Origin: Calditrichales bacterium
GTDB lineage: Bacteria; Calditrichota; Calditrichia; Calditrichales; J004
Assembly: GCA_015493745.1 (NCBI GenBank)
Contig: WGCN01000013.1
Span: 10,733 to 74,732 of the forward strand
Length of the DNA stretch: 64,000 nucleotides
Reading direction: 5' to 3'
Shown here: positions 38,201 through 46,916 of the stretch, piece after piece
How the letters are laid out: each line of letters starts with the position of its first letter
Position numbering within the stretch: position 1 is the first letter of the stretch
Translations under genes and position numbers: made by a program
The notes under the pieces: generated by a model
The model's input: the letters and a program-made list of their open reading frames with translations, nothing else
Told to the model about the DNA's origin: nothing
Databases searched by the model: none

Positions 38201-38424
38201 TTAAAATCATAGGCATCGGTAACGGCGGGGTAAATCTCCTCGATGATCCTGGCCGCTTTAAAAGCCGTTCGTTCCGTGCCCTGATGATAATGCACCGTAA
38301 AGTGTTCCGTATCAAAGGAGCGCCATTCCAGCTCGGGGTGATTATATTGGTCATAAAGCTGGGCCCGGGCGGTTCCGCCTAAAAAGGCGAGTAACAGAAG
38401 AAGAGGAAGAAGGCGTTTTATCAT
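35278..38424 (-). CDS. multidomain envelope protein: gluzincin-like HExxH region, TolB-type (PD40) beta-propeller repeats and a C-terminal beta-barrel-like region
   Basis: 1048 aa. Signal peptide. VLTHEFTHMV...WFAEGTAQ. PD40-like repeats (WSPDGRYLVYA, FGPDGRSIAFVS, WRPDGRRIVFG, YSPDGQWLYYA). The last ~400 aa are rich in alternating aromatic beta-strands. The start codon overlaps the stop of the upstream gene at 38424. Confidence 0.8.
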   Translation of the reverse strand: MIKRLLPLLLLLAFLGGTARAQLYDQYNHPELEWRSFDTEHFTVHYHQGTERTAFKAARIIEEIYPAVTDAYDFKPKDKLHLILRDTDDYSNGGAFFFNNKVEIWATNLDYVMRGTKNWLRDVLTHEFTHMVNIQKIIKSSMTFPYGFIQWFGYEKERRKDVVRGFPNVLVSYPVSSVNMPVWFAEGTAQHQNDKARYDYRDPHREMILRDRVLYNRLLTLNEMSIFGKTSHGNESSYNQGFSFVNFLVEQYGEKVLSDITEIDSHWSSYTFDGAIEEATGTPVDSLYQRWKRQLWQRYTRQTESIRAHEVKGRLIEKEGFANLYPVFDPAGGRVAWVSNKGRDYFSQNRILLWDRKTGDKKELPVRGVSSSLSWSPDGRYLVYARQDRNRHMSSLNDLYLWDTEKEREIRLSYGLRGSNPSFGPDGRSIAFVSSTDGLHALNVLHLPGDMEGNAWLEVAFDVTTGKLLKHKAKTIYQRDVRVRADELKQLLAFEDGRQIYHPRWRPDGRRIVFGTAVEYGRNIGRYDMDSGEFSLLLQAEEELRYPVYSPDGQWLYYAASTTGIYNIYRLRHNNGKPELLTNVTGGAFMPSVNPAGELVYACYDSIGYKLAFMENPHPLDKTLARYDENYPASVPEKNFNDDVIPVYQTRPYKTTFTRTQILPRLFIDYGTIKPGFYVTSSDVLDQLSLVAGVSANKDLDYDLYAYAEYKKLAPTFFAEFYNSSANIKDTLELDRGYVVRGVRNVGFNLLQYSFGVSYIPLEKMHLSLTYTGSRYSAQLDPLTLNTPTDGLLYVPTIRYDYLRGQALHFKLILDRLGEDRYAAVNPSSGYYLFFKYGYEDNDFLQGFSTNRQLGLEEFKRYSFNSLEFNGELYLANPWLEQHALGISLKSGYIDRPVASFFNYFAGGLIGLKGYPFYSIEGRQKLIGALNYRFPISRGLNWRLGHLRFDKLFAGLFFEAGNAFNETRVDFRDFKRDVGMELRLDTYSYNMFPTRIFVQAAWPLDVARNGPVTYPREWRYYMGVLFDFDLRERAAGMRDNTAVRARLR

Positions 38425-41270
38425 CAGTGTACCACAAGAATCTTAATAATTTTACTTTCTGTTTTACCACCGGCCTCGGCCCTTACTTCGCAAAGATAAA
38501 CTCCGGAAGCCACATTGCCCACCTGCCACTCCACCTCGTTATAGCCGTTCAGACTGCCGGGCGCGACAAACTCATCCACCATAAATCCGGAACCGTCAAA
38601 AATACGTATGGTTACAATGGCTCCCTGCGTCAGGTAGTATCGGATGCGGGTTTTGTTGTTTTTGGCCGGATTGGGGTAATTGTAGACACGTTTCGCATCC
38701 AGGATAAAACGGGGCGAACTGTTGATGGCGCCGGGGCGGAGTGGAAGGGCGCTGTGTGCGGCGTCTCCCCTAACTCCGTTCCACAGTACTTTAAAATCAT
38801 CGCTTGCGGGCAGTTCCCAGCCATAAACAAAACCGCTGTCGGTAACAACAACAAGTTCGGCCGCCGCATCGTCATCCCATTGCACGATACGGGCATTTTG
38901 CGAAACCTGCCCCCCGGCAACCAAAGGGAATCCCTCCAGGGGAAGCGCCGAGGCATCATAGCCGTACACAACGCCTTTATTGCTGACCGCGAATATACGC
39001 ACGGCCTTTTCCTTATCCTGCAACAACAGAGGTACTCCCGCAAAGTTCTCATCCGTATCCGGGGCCAGGCTTACGGGAAAACCGCTCAGTAAAACCCCGT
39101 TCAGTTGAAAGGCATACAGTTCTTTATCCCGCGCAAATACAAAATCAACAATACCATTGCCGTCTACATCGGCAGTGGCAAAACCGTGATCCAGTGAGTC
39201 GGCAATATCAAAAGAGACCCTGCCGCTTTCCACGGAGGAGAAACGACGCTCCCTGTTATCAAAACGCACTTCGCGCAGGGCGCCGTCGGCATCGTAAAAA
39301 AGGCGGCTGAAGTCAAAGGCGTCGCTGCTGTTCTCCGGCAGGGTAAAGCCGGGCGTGGCATCCCTGAGGGCAATATTGTAATCGATGACCTCTTTCTGTC
39401 CGTCCCAGGCAATTTTCAACAGCTGGCGCCCGGCGGGGATAAATAGCCCCTCCGTGCCGGCAACGGGAAGACCGCTGACGCCTGAGAGAGCCAGCGGAGA
39501 GAACAAAGGTTGTGCCGGGGACGTCAGCGGAGCCGCCAGTGGATAGGCAAAAAGAGAATCCCCGGATACAATGATCAGGGCATCATAAAAGCCGTTTTCA
39601 TTCCTGTCGGCCAGGGTAAGCGAAACCGGAGGGGAAACCGGTAGCGGCCAGCTTACGGAATCGGTTTCGGAAAGGACGGTCAGCCGACCATTGTCCGTCA
39701 ACACAAAAAGGTGGTCCCCGGCGGCATTTTCGATGGCGCCGGCGGTAAAGGCCAGGGGCCCGGACGGCAGTGTCCGGGGAAAACCGGTTTCAAAATATTC
39801 CCGTTCAAAGGAAAAGGTCATGCGGTCGCCAAAGGCTTCACCGAAGTCGAAGATTTTAACTCCCGTAGGCGCGCGCCGGCGGTAGGAATTGCTGTTGGGG
39901 GTGCTGCCGGCCGAAAACTCATTTTTATACACCGGAGAGGGATTGGATTTATACCAAAAGTCGATGGGCGTACCCAGCTCCGATTGAAATCCGGCGTCGA
40001 GGATGGAATAGGCCTGGCCGATATCCTGGCTGCCGTCGGCCTCTTCCAGATCCACGGCCCGGTGGGCGGGATCGTCATTGATAAACCCCTCGGCCTGTTC
40101 GCGGATAACGGAGCGATCGATATGCCAGATAAGCATGCCCGCGCCGCCAAGACCCCAGTCGTAATTTTCCACAGCCAGCAAAACCCCGCTGGAATCGGAA
40201 ACGGTGATGCGATCGGCCAGATAGGTTTGCAACACCTCCATATAATTGGCCGTTGTTTCCCGGTCTCGGGAGAGCTCGAACTGCAAACTGTCCAGATAAA
40301 CCGAACGGTCGCCCCGGTATTCCAACAGGAAGGACTCGTCCTCATTAAGCGGTATTTCATATATGGAGGGTTCCGAGCCATTTTGCAGATAGCGCGGCAA
40401 TTGCAGGGAGGAGGCGGAAGTTGTTATTTTCCGGGCCTGCTCCCAGTTTACAGCTAAACGGTTAAAGGCGCTTGGCGGGGCCGGAATCAGTCCGGCGGCA
40501 TTAAGCAGCCCGACATCCATCAGGCCAAAACGGCCCACGCCGGATCGTCCTTCGCGCACGCTGACCAGGTCTTTCATCCCCAGATAAGAGCCGATATTGG
40601 AAACCACAAAACCGGTCAGCGCCAGATCGTAACCGGCCTGGTTTTGTGTTTCGGGCAGGAGAACTCCCCGGGTTACGGTAAAACGGCCGTCATCCACGGA
40701 GATACCGTTAAAATCCGCCCCCAGGTTATCCTTAAGAAATTTTGGGGTCAAAAAGAGCGAGGGAATATCCTGGGGGGTCTCATCAAACCCCAGATCCACA
40801 TCGCGCCCTACCCCGGCGTGAAAAATCATTACCAGGTCGTAGTCGGCAAAGGTCAGGGCGGAATCTTCATCGGCCAGAAGGATTGCGTCCCGGAACAGGC
40901 GGGCCACTCCTTCATCAATGGCGGCGTTGCTGGTATTGGGATTGTAAAAGGCCATCTCATTGGGCAGCGTATAGGCCGCATTCAAGCCCCGGGGGAAGAT
41001 CGTCCCCTTAATGCGTACCTGCCCGCTGGAGACCGCGTTAAAATAGTTGTCGGCGGCAATAATCTGATCGTTAAAATAGGTACGGTTATGGGGCGCCGGG
41101 TCAATGGCAAAGGGACGGGTGGTAACCGTATCGATCATAAACCGGCCATTGCCCGTGGTCAGGCTGTTATTGTCCTCCTGGAACTGGACACGCAAAACAG
41201 CGATACGCACCGTCGTGGCGGAATGCGCCCACAGGGATAAAGTAAGCAGAAGCAGTATTATGCGTTTCAT
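38424..41270 (-). CDS. M6 (immune-inhibitor-A)-like secreted protein with degenerate active site, FG-GAP-like repeats and T9SS type-A C-terminal domain
   Basis: 948 aa. Signal peptide. N-terminus VRIAVLRVQFQEDNN and MIFHAGVGRD resemble M6-family proteins. At the expected HExxH position the sequence reads GFVVSNIGSYLGMKDL. DVDGNGIVDF. CTD VYNYPNPAKNNKTRIRYYL...VASGVYLCEVRAEAGGKTESKIIKILVVH. Confidence 0.75.
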   Translation of the reverse strand: MKRIILLLLTLSLWAHSATTVRIAVLRVQFQEDNNSLTTGNGRFMIDTVTTRPFAIDPAPHNRTYFNDQIIAADNYFNAVSSGQVRIKGTIFPRGLNAAYTLPNEMAFYNPNTSNAAIDEGVARLFRDAILLADEDSALTFADYDLVMIFHAGVGRDVDLGFDETPQDIPSLFLTPKFLKDNLGADFNGISVDDGRFTVTRGVLLPETQNQAGYDLALTGFVVSNIGSYLGMKDLVSVREGRSGVGRFGLMDVGLLNAAGLIPAPPSAFNRLAVNWEQARKITTSASSLQLPRYLQNGSEPSIYEIPLNEDESFLLEYRGDRSVYLDSLQFELSRDRETTANYMEVLQTYLADRITVSDSSGVLLAVENYDWGLGGAGMLIWHIDRSVIREQAEGFINDDPAHRAVDLEEADGSQDIGQAYSILDAGFQSELGTPIDFWYKSNPSPVYKNEFSAGSTPNSNSYRRRAPTGVKIFDFGEAFGDRMTFSFEREYFETGFPRTLPSGPLAFTAGAIENAAGDHLFVLTDNGRLTVLSETDSVSWPLPVSPPVSLTLADRNENGFYDALIIVSGDSLFAYPLAAPLTSPAQPLFSPLALSGVSGLPVAGTEGLFIPAGRQLLKIAWDGQKEVIDYNIALRDATPGFTLPENSSDAFDFSRLFYDADGALREVRFDNRERRFSSVESGRVSFDIADSLDHGFATADVDGNGIVDFVFARDKELYAFQLNGVLLSGFPVSLAPDTDENFAGVPLLLQDKEKAVRIFAVSNKGVVYGYDASALPLEGFPLVAGGQVSQNARIVQWDDDAAAELVVVTDSGFVYGWELPASDDFKVLWNGVRGDAAHSALPLRPGAINSSPRFILDAKRVYNYPNPAKNNKTRIRYYLTQGAIVTIRIFDGSGFMVDEFVAPGSLNGYNEVEWQVGNVASGVYLCEVRAEAGGKTESKIIKILVVH

Positions 41271-41299
41271 GCGGTTTTCGGTATTTCGGTAATATGTGT

Positions 41300-41326
41300 A
41301 AAAAAAGCCCCGTTTACACGGGGCCG
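41300..41326 (-). terminator. rho-independent terminator between the PorV-like gene and the M6-like gene
   Basis: Minus strand has stem GCCCCG-UGUAAA-CGGGGC followed by U7, 10 nt after the PorV-like stop. Only about 30 nt remain before the next ATG (41270). Confidence 0.65.
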
Positions 41327-41335
41327 GGTATTTTT

Positions 41336-42430
41336 TTAGAAATGAACAGCCAGCGAATATCGAATGGTATCGGAGAGGGGGCTGTCTTTGTCGTCGGAGA
41401 TATATCCAAAGTCAAAGTTGAATATATTGTATTTCAGACCGGCGCCAAAAGTCAGGAACTGACGGCCGCCAAAGTTTTTATTTTCATAAAAATAGCCCGT
41501 TCTGAGAGCGATCAAGTCGCCATACCAGTATTCCAGACCCAGGGAGTGGGTGATGGCGTTCAGACGATCGGAAAAACGGCCCTTAAACCAGCTGGAATAA
41601 AAAGCGGCGGTGATAAAATTCTCCGCTTTATCCCCATCGCGCCGGTAAAGCGGTTTGTTGGCGTCGTAGGTGACGGTCATCTTGTTAAACTCATCATCGA
41701 TCAGCTTATAGGCGATTCCGATGCGCAGGTTGGTGGGCAGGGGATCGGACTGGGCCTCGTCATTATAAAAAATGGCCGGCCCGAAGTTGGACATATTGGC
41801 GCCAAAGGTCAGTCGGTTTTCAAAAATCTCATAATCCGGCATCCACATAACGCCTACATCTACCGCCACGCCGGTGGCCCGGCCGTTGGTGCTTTCGTTA
41901 CCCACGTTTATACTTTCGGGGGCCAGCTCGCTGCGGATAATCTTCAGATTAACCCCGATACCCAGGTTGGACTTTAGCTGGGTGGCATAGGATAAGGTAA
42001 AAGCATATTCCTGCGAACGGAAACGGTCATATTCCTGACCGGTGGTGCTGGTGGCTACGTTTTCGCCTAGATTAAGAAAGGTGATGCCCGCGCCCAGCAT
42101 GCCGATGCCATCCACATAGTAACGGGCAGCCAGGAAATCATAGAACAGATCGCTAAAGTTAAATTGCGGCAACCACTTGGCATGCATCAGGGAAACCTCA
42201 CCCCGGGAATCTATCTCGGGATCAACATACTGAAACGCCAGTCCGGCCGGGTTCCAGTAAACGGCCGTGGCATCATCGGCCAGGGCCACGCCGGATTCAC
42301 CCATACCGCCGGAACGGGCGCCGGGATTAATCAATAAAAACGGAACCGCCGCTTCACCGGGGCCCTGCGCATAAAGCAGGGACGAGAAGCTCATCAGCAG
42401 GGTAAACATCAAGAATAAGCGTTTAAACAT
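41336..42430 (-). CDS. PorV/PorQ-family outer-membrane beta-barrel protein (paralogue 3 of 4)
   Basis: 364 aa. Signal peptide ...LLYAQGPG. GARSGGMGESGVALADDATAVYWNPAGLAF. Ends ...RYSLAVHF. AAGGAGGA SD. Confidence 0.8.
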   Translation of the reverse strand: MFKRLFLMFTLLMSFSSLLYAQGPGEAAVPFLLINPGARSGGMGESGVALADDATAVYWNPAGLAFQYVDPEIDSRGEVSLMHAKWLPQFNFSDLFYDFLAARYYVDGIGMLGAGITFLNLGENVATSTTGQEYDRFRSQEYAFTLSYATQLKSNLGIGVNLKIIRSELAPESINVGNESTNGRATGVAVDVGVMWMPDYEIFENRLTFGANMSNFGPAIFYNDEAQSDPLPTNLRIGIAYKLIDDEFNKMTVTYDANKPLYRRDGDKAENFITAAFYSSWFKGRFSDRLNAITHSLGLEYWYGDLIALRTGYFYENKNFGGRQFLTFGAGLKYNIFNFDFGYISDDKDSPLSDTIRYSLAVHF

Positions 42431-42449
42431 TGGAAATCCTCCTTAAAAT

Positions 42450-42496
42450 AAAAAAACCGGTTAAATGGAAAGCCTACCTGTTCCACTTAACCGGTT
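42450..42496 (-). terminator. strong intrinsic-terminator-like hairpin in the leader of the PorV-like gene
   Basis: Minus strand AACCGGUUAAGUGGAA-(loop)-UUUCCAUUUAACCGGUU forms a stem of about 16 bp followed by U7, then AUUUUAAGGAGG and the ATG. Confidence 0.7.
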
Positions 42497-42557
42497 TAAT
42501 GAGTGCCGGGATATAAGCTGCCTGTTAAAGGTAGTACTTTCCTAATATTCTTCAAAA

Positions 42558-42569
42558 CAAGTACAATTA
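42558..42569 (-). repeat. 12-nt direct repeat TAATTGTACTTG, copy 2 (inside the leader)
   Basis: Exact 12-mer also present at 42656-42667. Confidence 0.6.
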
Positions 42570-42629
42570 AAAATCAAGTTCCTTTAACAAACGACTTATA
42601 TGCTTTTCTCCAAAATTTGTTTAGGTCAA

Positions 42630-42658
42630 AATATAAAGTGACCACTCTCATAAGTCAA
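42630..42658 (-). promoter_or_regulatory. near-consensus sigma70-type promoter (TTGACT, 17 nt, TATATT)
   Basis: -35 at 42653-42658 and -10 at 42630-42635, spacer exactly 17 nt. Located 30 nt downstream of the accA stop. Confidence 0.5.
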
Positions 42659-42667
42659 GTACAATTA
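42656..42667 (-). repeat. 12-nt direct repeat TAATTGTACTTG, copy 1 (overlaps the -35 hexamer)
   Basis: Exact 12-mer repeated 98 nt downstream at 42558-42569. Possible operator pair. Confidence 0.6.
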
Positions 42668-42688
42668 TGCCCGCCGGAGTTGGCAGGC

Positions 42689-43654
42689 TTACTCTACAAA
42701 GGCACCCATACTACTGTACTTTTCCAACCTTTGTTCAATAAGTTTATCCGTCGGTAGTTTTAACAATTCCTTTAGATGGGAAACGATGGCTTTTTTTACC
42801 GCCTGTGCGGCCAAATCGGGATCATTGTGGGCTCCGCCCTCGGGCTCCGCGATAACCTCATCCACGATTTTCAGTTTGACCAGATCGGGAGCGGTAACCT
42901 TCATCGCTTCGGCGGCCTGCGGCGCCTTGGCCGCATCCCGCCACAGGATGGCGGCGCAGCCTTCCGGGCTGATAACCGAATACCATGCATTTTCCAGCAT
43001 GAGGATCCGGTCTCCCACGCCAATGCCCAGGGCACCGCCGGAAGCTCCCTCGCCAATCACCACGGTGATGATCGGCACCGGCAAACGGGCCATCTCGAAC
43101 AGGTTGCGGGCAATGGCCTCGGCCTGTCCCCGTTCCTCGGCCCCCAGGCCGGGATAGGCGCCCGGGGTATCGATCAGAGTGATGACCGGCTTGTTAAACT
43201 TGGCGGCCAGCTCCATCACACGCAGGGCCTTGCGGTAACCCTCGGGATTGGGCATGCCAAAATTACGGTGAAGATTGCTTTTGGTATCACGCCCTTTCTG
43301 CTGCCCGATGATAACCACAGAGTATTTATCCAAACGCGCCATGCCGGAAACGATGGCATGGTCATCGGCAAAACGGCGGTCCCCAAACAGCTCATCAAAG
43401 TAACTGGTCATGCGTGAAATATAATCGAGAGAATAGGGGCGCTTGGGATGACGGGCCAGTTGCACCCGCTGCCAGCGGCTGAGGTTGTTGTATATTTCCT
43501 TGCGCAACTCGGCGGCTTTTTCCTCAAGGCGTTTTATATCATCGCTAAGATCCATCCCGGTTTTTTCGGCGTAGGCATGCATCTCTTTTATTTTTTCTTC
43601 CAGCTCATGTACCGGCTTTTCAAACTCCAGTACCACTTTGGCATCTGAGGACAT
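42689..43654 (-). CDS. accA: acetyl-CoA carboxylase carboxyltransferase alpha subunit
   Basis: 321 aa. LARHPKRPY..., [12 protein letters not shown], typical AccA length and termini. Confidence 0.95.
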   Translation of the reverse strand: MSSDAKVVLEFEKPVHELEEKIKEMHAYAEKTGMDLSDDIKRLEEKAAELRKEIYNNLSRWQRVQLARHPKRPYSLDYISRMTSYFDELFGDRRFADDHAIVSGMARLDKYSVVIIGQQKGRDTKSNLHRNFGMPNPEGYRKALRVMELAAKFNKPVITLIDTPGAYPGLGAEERGQAEAIARNLFEMARLPVPIITVVIGEGASGGALGIGVGDRILMLENAWYSVISPEGCAAILWRDAAKAPQAAEAMKVTAPDLVKLKIVDEVIAEPEGGAHNDPDLAAQAVKKAIVSHLKELLKLPTDKLIEQRLEKYSSMGAFVE

Positions 43655-43668
43655 AATATTTCCCGCGT

Positions 43669-44394
43669 TTATAGTTTATTAAACATACTGGCAAACCGCA
43701 GTTTCCATACCAGAAAGATGGCTTCCCACATAATTGACTTGGACAGTTTGGATACACCTGCCACCCGGTCGATGAAGATAATAGGAATCTCTTTAATACG
43801 AAAACCTTTTTTCCAGGCCCGGAAGGTCAGCTCGATCTGAAAAGCGTAGCCGTTGGATTTAATTTCCTTGAAATTAATACTTTCCAAAACTTCACGGCGG
43901 AAGCACTTAAAACCGCCCGTGGCGTCCTGCACGGGTAAACCGGTGGCGATGCGTGAATACATATTGGCAAAGTAACTGAGCAACAGACGGCGCAAGGGCC
44001 AGTTGACCACATTAACCCCCTTGATATAGCGCGAGCCCAGAACCAGGTCATAATTTTCAATATTCTTCAGAAAAGCGGGGATTTCCTTGGGGTCATGGGA
44101 AAAGTCGGCATCCATTTCAAAAAGAAAATCATAGCCTTTGGACAATCCATACTTAAACCCGGCGATGTAGGCACTGCCCAGGCCCATTTTCCCCGGGCGG
44201 CTTAACAGATGAACCCGGCTATTATTTTGCTGTATCTCTTTCACCAAATCGGCCGTGCCATCGGGTGAGTTATCGTCCACGAATAGTATGTGCGCTTCGG
44301 GCTGATAGCGGTGAATGGCCTCCACAAGTTGCCGGACATTTTCACTTTCATTATAGGTGGGAACAATTATCAGCGCTTTGGAGGCATCAACCAT
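43669..44394 (-). CDS. polyprenol-phosphate mannose synthase (DPM1/Ppm1-like GT2)
   Basis: 241 aa. [31 protein letters not shown]. 8-nt overlap with rfbD. Confidence 0.85.
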   Translation of the reverse strand: MVDASKALIIVPTYNESENVRQLVEAIHRYQPEAHILFVDDNSPDGTADLVKEIQQNNSRVHLLSRPGKMGLGSAYIAGFKYGLSKGYDFLFEMDADFSHDPKEIPAFLKNIENYDLVLGSRYIKGVNVVNWPLRRLLLSYFANMYSRIATGLPVQDATGGFKCFRREVLESINFKEIKSNGYAFQIELTFRAWKKGFRIKEIPIIFIDRVAGVSKLSKSIMWEAIFLVWKLRFASMFNKL

Positions 44395-45289
44395 GGCTAT
44401 CCACCAATCTTATTTTTAATCGTTGCAGGCCGGAAGGAACATCCCCCGGTTCCCAATCGATACGGTTCACCAGCTTATCGATAACAAAGGAAGAGTTCAT
44501 GGGCCTCGGCGCCAGTTGCTGCAGTTGATCGCTGGTGATCTGTTCAATCAGACCGGCATCAAAACCAAAAACATCGGCAATTTTCAAGGCAAAATCGTAC
44601 CTGCTGACAGTCTCGGAACCACTCACATGGAACAGACCGTACTCCCGTCTTTCCAGCAGGCGGTATATACTTTCACTCAGATCATCCACATAGGTCGGGT
44701 TGCCGGTTTGATCGGTAACCACCCTAATATTTTTGGCCGATGACAAACGGCTGATAACCCAGGTGGCAAAGTTGTGTTTAAGGTCTTTGCCATAGCCGTA
44801 CAACACCTGCGTGCGGGCTATGATATGCTGAAAAGGACATTGCTCAACGATTTTTTCCGCGGCCAGTTTGCTGCGGGCGTAATTACCGGACGGACGGGGT
44901 TCATCTTTTTCCGTATAGTTGCCCTCATGGCCGTCAAAAACATAGTCCGTGGATACTTGTACCAGTACCGGCTCAAACCCTACACAGCTATCAATAATAT
45001 TTTCAACGGCGCGCACATTGCTGGCCCAGCACCCTTCCGGGTCTTTCTCGCAACCATCGACATCGGTATAGGCGGCGGCATTGACAATAATATCCGGACG
45101 GTGCCGATCCAGAAAATCCTTCATGCCGGCCCGGTTGCTCATATCGACCGATGTGTATCTTTCATCGGCCAGGCTGCTTTTGTTTTCAGCCCCCCGGCTG
45201 GCGGCATACAGGTCATATCTGTTTTTGAAACGTTCAACTATGCTTTGTCCCAGAAGACCGTTCGAACCAAAAACTACAAGTTTATTCAT
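44387..45289 (-). CDS. rfbD: dTDP-4-dehydrorhamnose reductase
   Basis: 300 aa. [10 protein letters not shown] Rossmann motif. [17 protein letters not shown] (YxxxK). Confidence 0.85.
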   Translation of the reverse strand: MNKLVVFGSNGLLGQSIVERFKNRYDLYAASRGAENKSSLADERYTSVDMSNRAGMKDFLDRHRPDIIVNAAAYTDVDGCEKDPEGCWASNVRAVENIIDSCVGFEPVLVQVSTDYVFDGHEGNYTEKDEPRPSGNYARSKLAAEKIVEQCPFQHIIARTQVLYGYGKDLKHNFATWVISRLSSAKNIRVVTDQTGNPTYVDDLSESIYRLLERREYGLFHVSGSETVSRYDFALKIADVFGFDAGLIEQITSDQLQQLAPRPMNSSFVIDKLVNRIDWEPGDVPSGLQRLKIRLVDSHG

Positions 45290-45352
45290 CCATTATCCAT
45301 TGGCGTTAAAAAGAGAAAGGAAATTTAGCAAATTGAACCATTTACTGCAATC

Positions 45353-45814
45353 TTATGAAAGCCTGCTTCCGCTTTCCTTAAAGGTCTTCAGACGACGGGC
45401 CATGGATTCATCGGTTAAACTGAAAAGCTGCGCGGCAAAAACCACGGCATTGCGCATTCCGGCTTTACCGACGGCAAAGGTGGCCACCGGCACACCCGCG
45501 GGCATTTGCACCGTGGAGAGCAAGGCATCCACGCCATCCAACACACCGCCGGGCAGGGGCACCCCCAAAACGGGTAATGTGCTGTGGGCGGCTACCGCTC
45601 CGGCCAGATGAGCGGCCATGCCGGCCGCGGCAATGATGGCGCTATATCCTTTTTCCCGGGCTTCCCGGCAGAAGGCGCTCACCTTGTCCGGATTGCGGTG
45701 GGCGGAGCTTACCTGTACGTCATACTCCAGATTAAAATATTCCAAATAGCTTTTTGCCGCATCCACAAAGGGCAAATCGCTTTTGCTACCTAATAAAATG
45801 GCTATCCTGGGCAT
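45353..45814 (-). CDS. purE: 5-(carboxyamino)imidazole ribonucleotide mutase
   Basis: 153 aa. [22 protein letters not shown]. Confidence 0.9.
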   Translation of the reverse strand: MPRIAILLGSKSDLPFVDAAKSYLEYFNLEYDVQVSSAHRNPDKVSAFCREAREKGYSAIIAAAGMAAHLAGAVAAHSTLPVLGVPLPGGVLDGVDALLSTVQMPAGVPVATFAVGKAGMRNAVVFAAQLFSLTDESMARRLKTFKESGSRLS

Positions 45815-45863
45815 CTTGTTTCCTGTGGTTTGTTGATTTTCGTTTACTTGAATTCCGCGGCTT

Positions 45864-46916
45864 TCACGGCCCGTCCTGTTTCAGGCTGTCCTTTGGGGCG
45901 GCGAATGAAAAGGTGTGGGCGATCACTTCCAGTTGATCCAGAAACGGTGTTTTCTTTTTACTGGGGGCCATCACCGAAAGATCCAGTGCATAGTACGGCC
46001 CCTGCCCTTCCTTTTTAAAATAATAGGTACGGAACGGACCGCCCACAAGCAGCCCGGGGTTGACCCATGATCCGCTTATTTTAATGGCTTCTTCCCCGTT
46101 GAAGGTCACCGTATCCATAATGACATCCTCGGTAACCACCGTATCTCCGCTATAGTATTTTTTAGCCATGCGGTCCCGCTCGGCGATAAAATCCAGGCGC
46201 CCGGGCTGCGCGGGCAGGCTGTCGGCCCGCCACACGGAAAGGGAACGATCCGGGGAGATGCGCCGCAGCCAGATATATTGTGTGGCCGGATCGCTGGTGG
46301 CTAAAAAGTAGTCGTGCTGCACCCGGATACGATAGCCAAAGGTCTCGGCAATAATATCTTCCACCTCAAACTGCTCAGCCGTATCGAACATGGTTCTTTC
46401 AAGACGGGCAAAGTATTTTTTCCGGAAGCGTTCCAGCATTTCCCGGCGCAGACGCTTGAACTGGAGTTTGAAGGTGGGTACATCCCGGGCCATCATAAAC
46501 AGGCTTATCTGATGCCGGGCAAAGAGGTCATCCTTAAAAAAGTAAAAGTTTTTATCTTCGTTGACGTTCTTTATAAACTCCGCCGGTATCACCTTTAACA
46601 GATAGTCATTCACCTCGGAACCGGGCCGGGTGGTGCCGATAAAAAAGAGGTTCATGCGCATATTATAGGCCTCCAGTTCCCGCAAAGGTTTCCAGGTAAC
46701 TATAAAACTGCGCTCGGCCTTGGGGGTGGCCACAAAATCATTAAAGTAAAGTTCGACATCCCTGCCGACTTCATTCCACAACAAAGAATCGGCGAAGACA
46801 AAAACACGGTGTTGCAGGCCCAGGCTTTCGGGACGCATGTCCAGATTGCATTGCCACGTCAGCATAGCACTTACCAGAACCGTCAGGGCGGTAAATGTCT
46901 TATAAACTTTCTTCAA
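45864..46916 (-). CDS. hypothetical lipoprotein (DUF4837-like by recollection)
   Basis: The track start (46976) is a TTG deep inside the upstream gene. TTG at 46916 gives (M)KKVYKTFTALTVLVSAMLTWQC, a plausible lipoprotein signal. The family name is a weak recollection. Confidence 0.55.
   Translation of the reverse strand: MKKVYKTFTALTVLVSAMLTWQCNLDMRPESLGLQHRVFVFADSLLWNEVGRDVELYFNDFVATPKAERSFIVTWKPLRELEAYNMRMNLFFIGTTRPGSEVNDYLLKVIPAEFIKNVNEDKNFYFFKDDLFARHQISLFMMARDVPTFKLQFKRLRREMLERFRKKYFARLERTMFDTAEQFEVEDIIAETFGYRIRVQHDYFLATSDPATQYIWLRRISPDRSLSVWRADSLPAQPGRLDFIAERDRMAKKYYSGDTVVTEDVIMDTVTFNGEEAIKISGSWVNPGLLVGGPFRTYYFKKEGQGPYYALDLSVMAPSKKKTPFLDQLEVIAHTFSFAAPKDSLKQDGP

Larger units (their letters stand above)
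42431..42629 (-). promoter_or_regulatory. candidate structured 5' leader (attenuator/riboswitch-like) or independent small RNA of about 170-190 nt
   Basis: Lies between a near-consensus promoter and the SD of the PorV-like gene. Contains a 9-bp helix (42581-42589 with 42523-42531) enclosing a GTACT/AGTAC helix. Ends in a strong terminator hairpin plus U7 that stops 8 nt before the SD. Confidence 0.35.

Noticed and set aside
42669-42688. Hairpin GCCTGCC-AACTCC-GGCGGGC immediately after the accA stop, considered as the accA terminator.
   Set aside because: It is only 7 bp including a G-U pair and is followed by AUAAUUGUAC rather than a U-tract. At best it is a weak terminator, so I do not call it a feature.
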